A DNA stretch of 64,000 bases from NCBI GenBank assembly GCA_904063045.1, contig CAJFCJ010000002.1, positions 2,192,422 to 2,256,421 of the forward strand, given 5' to 3'. Position numbers and translations under genes: made by a program. The notes beneath the pieces were generated by a model. It was not told where the DNA came from. It did no database searches and saw only the letters and a list, made by a program, of their open reading frames with translations. This document shows, in pieces, positions 41,801 to 54,625 of this stretch (the stretch's first letter is position 1; each line of letters opens with the position of its first letter). Origin of the DNA: Dimorphilus gyrociliatus (taxonomy: Eukaryota > Animalia > Annelida).

Positions 41801-42718
41801 AATTATGACTAATAAGTTATAAATGTTTGTTTTTTTTTTGTTTTGTTGAATAAATAAGGTACGCAAATATGCATTCAGGGTAATTGCAGGATTGATTTAA
41901 AATCAATATTCCAAGTGAGTTACCTGGTAACTTCTTATGCAAATGAGATACAGTAAGAATTCTGTTTCTGTATCTTCTAGATCAAGTCACCTGTCTAGTA
42001 ATTGCTCTAACCCCCTTTCTCTTCCCACACGATGTTTTAAGAATAGAACCGGTGCATTTTAAATCATAAACTGGTATATACTATTAATATGAAGAAAGCA
42101 AAAGAATTCGAGTATTTAGTTATATTTCTTCTCTTTAACTTACAAAAGAAAATATGGTTGACATTTCCATTAAAAAAGATATATAAGAAATTCTTTACTC
42201 ACTGTATCATCCCATGAATGTTCATCTACTCCCGTTTCGAACAATTTTTCGAATTCAAAATTAACTCTTTCTTCAACCTAAACGATAAATTAATAAATTA
42301 GTTCTTCCTTTCCTTATTTCCCTTGTACAAATACGAACTTGAACTAAGTCAGCCAGGACAAGCTTATTAATGTATACACAAGCTGTATGGCCATAATAGA
42401 ATATTAAGGGTAATCTCAAACGATCGGGACACATATAAAACACTTTTGAATCTATTATGAATAGAATTACATTGTTTAATTTATAATACTTTGAATATGA
42501 ACACTAAACTAGATACCTTTTAAACCGAGGAAAAGGGACTCGTTTAGATCGTATGCATTTTCAAAATACGATTTTATTTGTCTATTTAACAGAATTTCAA
42601 TTTCTTAAAAGTATAGTATTCTATTGATATAAACTCACTCTTTAGTGCAACAACTCAAATCGCAAGGATTTGTAGCTTTGAAGGTGACATTTCCAGTCAG
42701 TAGATCTTTTCCAACCAT
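38896..42718 (-). CDS. ovoA: Ovothiol biosynthesis 5-histidylcysteine sulfoxide synthase OvoA (DinB-like + FGE-sulfatase + SAM-methyltransferase-like domains)
   Basis: RLRLPLIFYYGHTAC, FETGVDEHSWDDT, Fe-binding HX3HXE motif EHERIHIETSSVLIRQ, FGWDNEYG, GNVWEW, HLYEDFSTPTFDG, SRYAFRRHFFQHSGFRL, then a methyltransferase-like domain (LLHFGCSAG..AIDRR); many short GT-AG introns; ATG 42718, TGA 38898-38896. Confidence 0.92.
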
Positions 42719-43046
42719 GCTGCGAGAGTGTTGTCTAGACGGGAGTTGTAGAGTGAATGACTATGAAATCGAGGCTTTTTTATATATATAGGAGTAATTT
42801 AAATATTGATTATCTAAAAGAATTGCTCAACCAGGTAATAATGAGTGTTGCTATGTCATTATATAGGACATGGAAAAGTTTAGAGGAATCAGAAAAAAAT
42901 TTGTCCTATCTTATTACGATTCCTATTGGACAATTTTACGCATACTGTTCTTGGAAATTTTATCTTTTATTATTTAAATAAGATAAGTTTGTATAGTCAA
43001 TGTCGTTCTGAACTTGATCTGTTAGATTATTTTTCAGAATTTCAAA

Positions 43047-44072
43047 ATGGCGACCGATACCAGTAACCAAGAGGTATGCCCGTGCGATTTAACACCTATA
43101 TCTCGAGGTGAGAGAGAAGAAAAAAAAATAGACCTTAATGACGTTAAAGACAAAGTGATCTACGATGAAAACGGTAAAGAATATAAATTTGAAGAAATAT
43201 ACGAGGATAAGAAATCTATTATAGTTTTTGTTAGAGTAAGTATCAATAGTAGACTCTTTGTTTTGGCAACTGAAAATTGTTAAATTAAAGTATATTTTAC
43301 TTCCCCCAAGCAGCATTTTCTCTGTTTCGTCTGCAAAGAATATGTAGAAGACTTATCTCTAATATCTGATAACCTATTAAAAGTATGGAATAATAGATAG
43401 AATTTTTTTATCAAAATAAAGAACACAAATATTGATGTTTCGTTTGTCATATTATAGAAAGCCAATGTAAGATTAGTTGTTATTGGATGTGGACCATTCA
43501 AGTTTATTAAGGTATTTAAATTAAGATAAAAACTTTTGAATAAGTAATTAATGGAAACCGGTTTTTTTTAGTCATTCAGAAAATTAACCGGCTATAAGGG
43601 ATTCCTCTTCGTTGATCCTGAGAGGGAAATTTACAAGAAACTCGGTATGATTGAATCATTAAAAAGTGGTAATTTGGCAGGTAAACAAACATCTATTTAA
43701 TTATTAAAATAAAGGTGTTTTCTTATCATTCTTTTGTTATTTTTATCAGGAGATAAACATATTAAATCCAGAGCTATTGTTGGAGTGATCAAATCAACTT
43801 GGTGGGCTTTAGGATCAAGAGAATTTCAGGGAGACATTAGACAGCAGGGAGGTTCTTTAATTGTCGGACCAGGTATATATAATTAATTAAATTTTATTGA
43901 AACCCAATGAACTTTCACTTGTATTTTATTTATAAATTATCCAGGTCCTATCCTTCATTTTAGTCACATTGACAATTGTTCCGCTGATCACAAACCCATC
44001 AATTTTCTTCTAGATAAAGCTGGTGTTGATAATGTTAGTTTTCCAAAAGATCCAAGAGTGCAAGATGTGTGA
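43047..44072 (+). CDS. PRXL2C: Peroxiredoxin-like 2C / AAED1 (AhpC/TSA thioredoxin-fold, CxxC)
   Basis: Spliced: IIVFVR|HFLCFVCKEYVEDL, RLVVIGCG, FVDPEREIYKKLG, QGDIRQQGGSLIVGP, HFSHID; TGA 44070-44072. Confidence 0.9.
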
Positions 44073-45099
44073 CGTGGACTTTGAAATCAGGTTGAAATTC
44101 GGCACAATTAATCACCGTTTATTGAAATGACTTGAGTTTTCTTTTTTGTATCTTTCATTGCTATTTAAATTTCAACAATAAAGTGATTTGAAGTTTTATA
44201 GTTGATAGTCTTTTCTTTTCTTGAAAGTGAATAGAATCTACTTGCAAAGTGAGTTATAATAGGGAATTCTCTTTTTCAAAACAAGAATGATTCATGAAAC
44301 TACAATTGCACAAGAATTGACAATTAACTGAGAATTCAAAACTTTATGATATTTAATGATTGGTCTAAGAAATTTTATTGAATTAGTTCACTATTTCTTT
44401 TCTTAAATGGTAGATGGCGCTGCAGGGTTATTTACCCGCATATTTTATTTAGCGTTGTTTATCACAAATTGTAGACATGAACATTTTAAATGCCCTGCAG
44501 TTTTTTTAGAATTTTTTAAATTAGCTGTGAAATAACAGCTTGATAATAAATAAAGAAAAAGCAACATATTTGAAGATTATCAAACTCTTTTAAAGTATAT
44601 GATATATATTTGCAACTCTCATATTCTGCGTATAGTATTTCGAAAGTGTTTATTTATTGAGGTTAATATAGTCTTTAGGTTAAAATTTCGCAAAATTTTT
44701 ACACTTTTACCAAGCAAATTGGGGGGGGGGAAATGCAATTTTGTAGTTTCTATTTGTCGTGTCGCCATACCAACAGTGTTTACACCTACTTGATTTAGGG
44801 TTGGTTGAGAATGGTCACGTGACATCTACTTCGCCTCGTTTTGACATCGCCTCTCTACAATATGGCGGAACATCGTCATCGCCTAAAATTCAGTGTAGTT
44901 TAGTTAACTTTTCACCGTTAAACAAGCGTCGGCCATCTAGTGATATAGATTCAACAAAACAACTGTTTTATTTATAATTGGATAACTACAAAAAAAATCA
45001 ACATTTCTAAATAACACTTAAAAAACGTCAAAGCGTCTAAGAAAACATTTGAAGCTTCGAAATCGCCGCCGTACTTAATACGTTTTTACTTGGAATATT

Positions 45100-48000
45100 A
45101 TGGCCGATGAGAATGACATCATTGGCAGTGCGTCCGAATTTATAACAGGTTTGTTTTTGTTTTTATTACAGCCAAGAATTGTCACCATAGCAACTACGAC
45201 GCTGTTTTAAGTGAATTAATCGTTGTAGATCGACTTTATTTTGCTACCTTACGAACACGGCCCAGGTCAACGGCTCATACACATTATTTCAGCGTGGATG
45301 ATGAACTCCTCTATGAAAAGTACGCCTTATAAAATATTTAGAAGCCTGTAAAGTAATTAAAACAATAATATTACAGTTTTTACGCTGACTTTGGTCCGCT
45401 CAACCTTGCTATGCTCTATCGATATTGCTGTAAATTGAATAAGAAATTAAAGGTAACTGTATCATGCATGTTTTCGTGTATATGGTTAGGCCTCCATTTT
45501 TGGCATTATTCCAAAAAAGGGAGATACCGGGTCAATGATTCATATTTTTATACTAAATTTATATTCTAAACGCAGTCATTCTCATTGGCTAAAAAGAAAA
45601 TTGTTCACTACACGAGTTTCGACGCAAGGAAAAGAGCTAATGCAGCCTTTTTAATCGGATCCTACGCAGTAAGTTTCACAATAAAGAAACTATAATAGAT
45701 TTTAAAACGAGGTCATCCCCAAAGATTATCTTCTTAAAAAAGACACCAGAAGAAGCATATAGGCCATTAGTTTCTGGTTCGAATCCTCCATTTCTACCAT
45801 TCAGGTAAGCACCTGCGAATCATCGGTATTTTTCAACTGACGGATGAAAAGCATTGATTTACAGTATAAACAAGGCCTGCGTATGCGTTCCTCTAGTTTA
45901 TATGTTTTATCTGATAAACCTCTCTAGTCGATTGTTTAACGCGCTACGACTTGCCTCCGACGTTTACTTAGAGAATTGATTTTTAGGCGGCGAATCAACC
46001 ATGTAGTAAAAGACAGTTATTGCTAGGGGGTGGAGTCGAGGAAAGGGAAACCGTTTCCCACGCATTCTGCTCAGTGAAATGTACACACGATGGAGAACAT
46101 TGTTAAATAATTCTCTTATTATTACTATTGATCCGAGTGTGCCAATGACGCAGATGTTATAAATGAGTTTGCAATCCTAGTTCCCGGGTGAACTAAATAT
46201 GGTGTTATAGATCACTTAATAGCAAAATAAAACGAGATAAAGTTCATTGACAGTGTCTAAGCGTGCTTGCCATATTTAATACAAGAGGCCCTGATTGGCT
46301 AATTGAATCAATTCAAATCGTTTTACTTCAATCTTATTCTATGGTAGTAAATATAAGACAAGGATTTTTATCTAATAATAGGGACGCTTCATTCGGAGCT
46401 TCTACCTATAATCTGACTCTACTAGATACACTACAAGGCGTTAGTAAAGTGAGTGCAAGCAAACAACCAGATTAGTGCATGAATTTACCGATTCATTTGT
46501 TATTTCAGGCTTTGCAAAATGGTTTCTTTAATTTTGAAACATTCGACGTAGAAGAATACGAACACTACGAGGTACGTTTAATTACTTTTTATACCTAGAA
46601 TTTTCTTATTCGTTGTTCTTGGCTGCTGCTATATAGCAACTAAATTAAAGTTGACAGATCGCTTTGCGGCTAGACCTATATTTTAGTAATAGAGTTCATA
46701 CGTTCCCTTACTCTTATTTTATCTTCTTTTATTCTTTTTACATCCCTTAAATATACATACATATATATATCAGTATATATATATGCATGTATACAATATA
46801 TTTGTAAACTAAATAAAAAGAAGATCTTTTGAAGGTTTAGCAAAAGAGATTAGCATGATATTTTCTTTTTATTTTCTCTGCATGAAAATATTGTTTATGT
46901 TGCTTAAAACAGAAAGTAGAGAATGGCGATTTCAACTGGATACTACCGAATAAATTCCTTGCATTTTGCGGTCCTCATCCGAAGAGTAAAGTTGAAAACG
47001 GTAAACCTCTTTTCACAAACATATCCTTTATTTAGCTTTATTGACCTTGTTTAAAATGATAAACGAATCCCGTCTTCCATTCTTTTTTTAAACGTACTTG
47101 ATTAAGCTTAATTCTTTATTTCAACTTTATATTCATGTTTTTGTTTTTGAATGAATCGTTGTATGCTTTATTCGATCGCTTTAAATTTTTGGCTACAATG
47201 ACGTTGTAATATACTTGAAAACTTAGACAAAAGATAAATAAACTAGAAAAGAAAGAAGAAAGAAAAATAGATCCCCTTTTGCAAAACAAAATCAAAAAGA
47301 AATAAATAAACAAATATAGGGACAGTTTTCTTCTCTTTTCTAGTCAGACTCGTCCAGTGTAAATTAAATAAGTAGCGTTACAGTGTGTAGAAAACGGAGA
47401 TCTAAATTGGCTTCTACCGGGAAAATTTCTTGCATTCTGCAGTCCTCATTCGAAATCACGAAATGATCACGGTAATAATCGGAAATATTTCGTATTAAAT
47501 TTTCATTTTTCCATGTACGAGTGAGTGAGAATATGAGATCGTGCAAGTAACTATCAAATTCAAGGTATTTAATGATTCTCACTGTTGCCAGGTTACCCGT
47601 TACACGCTCCTGAGGCGTATTTTCCATACTTTAGAAAACATAAAGTTACTACTATCATACGTCTAAACAAGAAAATATACGACGCTAGGCAATTCAAAGA
47701 TGCTGGATTCGACCATCATGACCTATTTTTTGTCGATGGTTCGACTCCATCTGATGAAATTCTGCAGAAATTTCTGGATATTGTCGAGTCAATACCAGAC
47801 TCTATTGCGGTACACTGCAAAGCTGGACTTGGTCGGACAGGGTCATTGATAGGCGCTTATATAATGAAACACTATAAACTGACCGCAGCAGAAACGATTG
47901 CATGGATCCGAGTATGCCGACCGGGAAGTATAATAGGACCTCAACAACACTGGCTTGAAGAGAAACAAGCTTGGTTGTGGATGCAAGGAGATATCTTAAG

Positions 48001-48511
48001 GGCTAGAAATCAAAAATCCTTACAACCAGGGGTCTATAAAATCGCAAAAGAGGTGGATGATATGCATTTGTACGAAACAGTTAGCGATTTAGGATCTATG
48101 GACGACTATACTGGAAAGACTAGTTTAACGCAAGGAGATCGATTAAACGCCGTTAAGGCTCAACGCTTGAAACAAAATCGAAAAACTCAAAGGTGAGCCG
48201 AATTATATTTTAATTGACTTATAAATACTTGAAATTAAAAAAGATTTAAAAAAAAAACAACAACATCAAAGAAGGTGGCGTCGAGATGTTAATAAAAAAA
48301 AAATAACAAACAAAACAAACGTTTTGAAATATGGTTTTCTTACTTAAAAAAAAAGAGAAAAAAACGAAACCGGTAGAGTAAATATAATGAACAAAAGAAG
48401 CACTTTTTCTGTAAAACGGGAAAACATTTGCTTATTTGCAATAATTTATTTCAAAGAGCTCTCTTTTCTATTCCCTTTTTATCTTGGAACAATGAAAGAT
48501 TCCTGTCTCTT

Positions 48512-48543
<32 letters not shown>

Positions 48544-49618
48544 CATTTATATACACTATATTGTGTATATAAATTATATTATTAAAGATCCTAAGTTTTT
48601 TCAATATTATGAAACTAGGGATAAGAAAGAAAGAAAACGATATTTCAAGATTGAAGCAATCCGGCAAGTGCATCTATATATGCATGTTACGGTGCATATA
48701 TAAATGAACTTGCGTTGCTTAGTTTCTTTTGTAATAACTAAAGATCCTGACAAAGCCTCTGAATGCTTCGCATCAGACTCAACACATGCCGCTTAGTGCC
48801 TTTTAATAGTTATTAGAATGATGGAAAAATTATTTTTTATGCTTATTTGATAACATAGGCTAAATCTAGAACAACTACGAAAGCTTTATGTTATGTTGAT
48901 TAAGTGAATTGTATCTTTTGTGTAATATTCTAATATCTATGGGTTTGTCAGAGAATTATTGCTATGAAAAATGCCTGAAAAAAACTAGCGTATAAAAAAA
49001 AACAACCAAGAGGAAATAGTCATTTGAGATAATTTAGTCATATATTGCTTGACATGCGCAAATAGACGTCATTCTTTCAATCAATTAATTATAAATATTG
49101 TCTATACGTATGTATGTATGTATGTATAAAATTTATATGTATATATGCGTGTGTACATATAAATATAAATCGAGAAAAAAACTTGCAGTGGAGCTTCAGA
49201 GACTTTCGGTAGGAGGGTATCGAAGGACAACAAATCTGGCTATGCAACGACGCAAACTAATACTGGTCCAGTAACACGGTCAAGAGCCGTGAAACAATTA
49301 CAACACCATCAAATTGGTACGAAGTCGGGGAATGGACAAACTGCTTCCGGATCAACTTATCAAAGTCAAACTTCTAGACGAAGTCAAACAAGACATTCTT
49401 TGTCATCATCACCTGGTACATCAACTCTGCAAAGTCAAAGTTCCCTTAAAAGGTGCTTATTTTACTTATCCATCGCTTATTCGGGGCTTTATGGTTGCGC
49501 AATCCGAGTCCTACATTGCTTTTTCCTCAAATTTAATTTCTATTTTTAAAGTAACAATGTAATAAAGAGCCCCTACCTACCCTTTTTTGCTGTTTAAAGA
49601 GAATATATATATGTATAA

Positions 49619-49658
<40 letters not shown>

Positions 49659-49699
49659 ACATGAAAAATATATCTAATATATACACAGTATTTATACTT

Positions 49700-49739
<40 letters not shown>

Positions 49740-51830
49740 AAATGTACGTACCATTTGATTTTCTGAAAAAACCAGTGTTTGATGCTTGGCTCGATAAAAG
49801 ATAAAATAGAACTAAATACTTTTATCCAAATAGCTAAGTTCGCAATAACGAGATGAACAACAAACAATTCCGTTAAGCTATTTTATAATTGAGGAAATCA
49901 TTTAAATGTTGTAAATCTCTTGTTGATAGATTTCGATTTACATTTTCATTCTATTCTTTTCAGATAGAGTCTACATTTTATCATTGATAATTATGTATTC
50001 AAGTCAAATATTGCAGTTCATTACATTACTCCATAGTAATAGTAATCTTGCAACTTAACAATGTTATTTAAAAAATATCCATTTATGCGGACGCCATTAC
50101 CTTACCCCTATCTATTCCCACTCAATTCTTTCATTTTCTTATCTCTTTCAAAAAATTTTGTAACCCATTATTTCACTTTTCTGCCTACTTTTCCTTTCTC
50201 CTCCCCCTTCCCGTCTACTTATCTCCTCTATCCCCTATTTACCGGCATGATGGTCGAACAAAAGCCATTTGAATTTCTATCATAGTTAAACACATATTTT
50301 TAAATATTAGTTCTTTTTTATTTACAAATCGAGCCAATTGTTTTTTCATAAACAAAATTTTGCTCTTGAATTCTTTTCTTACTTTATATTCTTTATAAAA
50401 TCTATATCTTTCCTTTACATTTACAGTAAATGTATATATATTTATGTATATATTCAATTTACGTCATTTCAATGTAAAACGAAACAACTTTTACCTAATC
50501 CCATTCATCCATTATATATCCTTCCTTATAAATCATAAACTCGGATCATCTTTTATCGTTAATGAAGATACCAAGTTGTGGTGTCTTTCATTAAAAATTG
50601 GAAGACTATTTTTTATTACTGTATAAAACAAATCTGTCTTTAAGATACAAACTATGGCTTTTTTCTCTATTTTTTTCATGTCATTACACAGCTCTATGCA
50701 ACCTCGCCGATTGCGAGAAGTTTGGTCATCCGAAATTCAAAATCCCTACGCTCCGGCCCCTCCGCCTGCCAAGTATTATCATACTCGTTCCCATACGCAT
50801 AGGCCTGTAAGTTGTCGCATGTGACGCCTTTTGTTTTCGTATCGAAAAAAAAGAGAGAAAGAACTTCATCGTCACGCATGCGTCGTAGTTTTTCTCAAAT
50901 TCTTTAGTTATTATTTTATTTCTGATAATTTATTTTTTGTCTTTTATTTTCTTCGCAATTTTAATTCGCTAATCGGTTAGAGAGAAAGAATTATTACTTA
51001 ATGTATCAGTTTGTCTCAAAAGAAATCTGTTCCTTTAGTTTTCAATATTTTTGCACGCTTTGGTTTTTTTTTTTTATGTGCACAGTCCCAATTCACACTA
51101 GTCTTATGTAGTTTAGTTTATATCTTTCTTTGTTTTTTTTGGGTATTTAGTACGCTTTTTTAAGTGGTAAAAAAAAATTGATTTTGTACGAAAGAAATTA
51201 AAGAAGAAAAAAAAAATCGTACAAAAAAAAAAAAACAAGAATCTTTATCAATGATAATTTTTTATTTCCATTTCTACCTTTTTTTCCCCGCTACATAGGA
51301 ATGGTTATGGGATTTAAAACGATGAAATGTTGCTTGAATATCACACAACATCGGTATAAATCTATTTTAACTATATTTTTATATTTCTTCGGATAGTATT
51401 GTTATTTGAATATTTAAATTATATAAAAACTAAATTAAAAAAAAGAAAGAGAGAGAGAGGAAGAGAAAATAGAAAGAAAGAAAGAGAGAAAGCTTTTAAG
51501 GATAAAAAAAAAGTTAAAATAAATATTCTCACTTATAAAAAAAAGTCTATCACACCGTTTTTATCATGTGTGTGTGTGTGTGTGTGTAATTTTTTTTTTT
51601 TTAAAAAAAAAAGCAATATAGCAAAATCATCTTTGTTTACAAATACACCAAACTCTCACAGAGACACACAAACTATAAAATAAAAAAAATACTCTATTCC
51701 TAACAGTGTATTTTCAATTTTTTTTTTGAGTGCTGCATGCTGCTATTTTAGTTTTAATGCTTTATTTAATAACTTGAATATAATAGTATAGTAGCTTGAT
51801 ATATATATATATATATAAATATATATACAG

Positions 51831-51862
<32 letters not shown>

Positions 51863-52432
51863 TGAAATCACTTTATATAATTTATAATGTTATAATTTAT
51901 TTATTTATAGAAATTTATGATTGAATGTGTTTTATTTCTTATTTAATCTACTTTTTTTATTAAAAAAACAAAGGAAAAAAAATTAAAAGAAGAGAGAATT
52001 CTATTAACAATTCCATTCTATTTTTAAAAGAGTTACTATTCAAAGTATTAAATGTGTAAAATGATCTTTGTCTTGTTTATAGATAAAGACACTAGACCAA
52101 TGAAAGCAATGTGTGCAATAACACAGTAGAAAAGCACCTAAAATGTAGGTCATATCAACTAAATAAAACACAAAGTAGTCAGCTTTTTATGTATATATAG
52201 ATATATAACATTTTTTTTCTTGTAGTTGAAATAATCCATTATTTATTTTATCTTTGGAAGAAATTTCTCTTTTTTTTTTCTTTTTTTTTATAAAAAAAAA
52301 AGTTTATTAAATTAAAAAAGAAAAAGAAATATATAATTATTGATGATAAATTATAGTCTAACTATTTTTTTTATTATTTCCAGTCGGTTGAACCCATCGC
52401 GTGCGACTAGACCCGGACATTCTCCACCTTGA
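45100..52432 (+). CDS. CDC14: CDC14 dual-specificity phosphatase (shortest form stops at 48196; alternative C-terminal exons extend to 52432)
   Basis: [31 protein letters not shown], catalytic [11 protein letters not shown] and [11 protein letters not shown]. Core exons 45100-48192; alternative exon pair 46913-47000 / 47384-47471; downstream phase-2 exon 49189-49452 and candidate last exons. Confidence 0.93.
45181..45194. promoter_or_regulatory. Perfect RFX X-box in CDC14 intron 1
   Basis: GTCACCATAGCAAC matches GTNRCC-AT-RGYAAC exactly. Confidence 0.65.
51567..51586. repeat. (TG)10 microsatellite
   Basis: Read directly in the AT-rich 3' region of CDC14. Confidence 0.9.
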
Positions 52433-53067
52433 TAGATAGTTGTATTTTGTACCAAATCTTGTGCTTGGTTGAGAATTTATAATCTAGTAATAACCTTTCT
52501 TCTTTTCTCATATTTCAAAAATTTATTCGTACATCGATTGTTTTATTGATTATTGATATTTTAGTAACATCTTGTATATTCGCTTATATATCAATATATA
52601 AGTAATATACATGTATAATTGTGTAAAAACAAAAAAAAAAGGAAAAACAATTTATTTGTTGAGAATGATTTCTTTTCCGTCGTGTCCAAAAAAGAAAAAC
52701 AAGAAAAAAAAAAAGAAATTTAAAATTTTAGGATTGCAAATTTGTTGAGAAACTGTGATGATAAAAAAATTAAACGTGCAGGCGTGAACTATTGTAATAT
52801 TTTATCGTTTAAAAAGGTAAAATTTTACTGCAATATTTTTGGTTAGTGTTTCTTTTTTTACGTCTTTCAAAATGTAAAAAAAAAAAGAAAGAAACAACAA
52901 AACAAAACAGAGAATTGAAAAGAATATAATTGTTTATTTCTGTACACGGAGTGCCATTTTTTTTTTCTTGTTTTCAATATTTTAATGTTTTTTCTATCTG
53001 TAAATGTTGATGAAGAAAAAAACAAAGAAGAGGGGAGTTTTCGAATGTTATTTGAGCCTGCAATATT

Positions 53068-53098
<31 letters not shown>

Positions 53099-54625
53099 CT
53101 ATGTTTGTATGGACAAAACTTTGCACTTGTTGCTGTTTAAGAAACCGCTCAATTTGTACAGTTATACGTTCGATATGTGAAAAATTTGTTTTTTTTTTTC
53201 TCTCTTTCTCCTCCTCCTCCTATCTTTTCTTTCCCCACCCGTCTTCGCTTAATTATTAATCTTCTTAGGCATAATGAAAAAGTAATGAAAAAGAGAACGT
53301 AACAAGAAGGAAAATTATTTCTATCTCGCCTGTCCCATCCTTTTTATTATTCTTTGTTTTTTATTTTAAATTCATAATTTTATTTTATGTAAAACATATT
53401 TTTCTTTTTTTGTTTTGAAATTTTTATTATCCGAATTATTAATAAAAATATGAATTAAAAATTTGGAAATATTTAACAATTTTAGGTTTTTATTCTTAGA
53501 TTTAAAAAAAAAATATCAAAACAAAACAAAAAAAAAACTAAGAGGAAAGAGAGTTTTTAGTTTGTAGATTTCTTTATATTTTCAATTTTTTGTTTGTATT
53601 TGGAATAATAAAATTGTCAAGTTAAATATAAAAATCTTGAACAACAAGTTGAATGAAATGTTTTTATCGTTTTAACTTATTAAAAATTGAAGTATATTTT
53701 TTTTTAATTAATTTCTTTTCACCATTAATTCTACATTATTTATTTAGAAAAAAATTCCAAGCATAACATACAAATTGACAAACATTGAATTTTTATGATG
53801 TTTACTATTCACACACACTTCGTATCATAATAACGATAAGTATGATATAATGAAGATAATTCTGATCCACACTTCCCGTCCCTCCCTTCCCTATTTGTCT
53901 TTGACCTCTGAACCCTGAATATTTTTTTCTCTCACTCTTATATATATAAATTTTATATATATATATATCGATTGTAAGAATGCCTGAGAACTTAACTTAT
54001 GTTTGCTGCTAATTTGAAATATCTACCGAAAGTTCTTAGATTTGATCCTATTATGTTAAATTTTGGCTTTCGATGGAACAAGAATCGCCTTTTACAGTAA
54101 GATCATAAAGATAAATAGATATCTTTGTAAAAAAAAATTAGTTAAAAGTAATTATAAATTATAAATGAAGCGTTGTTTTCTTCATTTATACAAAAAGTGT
54201 AATAATTATCTTAAGAAATATAATGAAAAAAAATAAACAAATAATCTTCAACTACAAAGTCAAACACTGCTTCAAACAATTGACCTACTGCTGCATACAA
54301 TAGACCTTGCTAATATTATTACACTTCCTATGGTTATCATAAACTCAAATGAGGGAAAACCGCATGATCAAAGCCTCTTAGCAAATCGTATTATAAGAAG
54401 GTGAAATTACTATTAACAGGAGTAAATTTTATAAAAATTACCATCGAAAACCAAAACAAGAATAAGTATTATGTGAGTGACGAAACTTTTAAACGGCTAA
54501 TGCATTATATAAAATTACAAACAATATCTTGACATAGAATGAGGCTGACAAAGGATCAATCCATAAAAATCAGTTAGTCTTATAAATCAACTTTCCAAAA
54601 GGTGAAAGCAGGCCAAAAGGTTCTT

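Noticed and set aside
45776-45786. tRNA T-loop-like GGTTCGAATCC
   Set aside because: Lies inside a CDC14 coding exon (SGSNP); no cloverleaf or A-box in the flanks.
46001-46009. Minimal ATG-TAG-TAA element with ACC context in a CDC14 intron
   Set aside because: No evidence of a transcript start or exon there; expected by chance.
48387-53070. ORFs rich in IYIYIY or K/R/F
   Set aside because: Translations of (AT)n and poly-A/T tracts in introns and UTRs; not coding-like.
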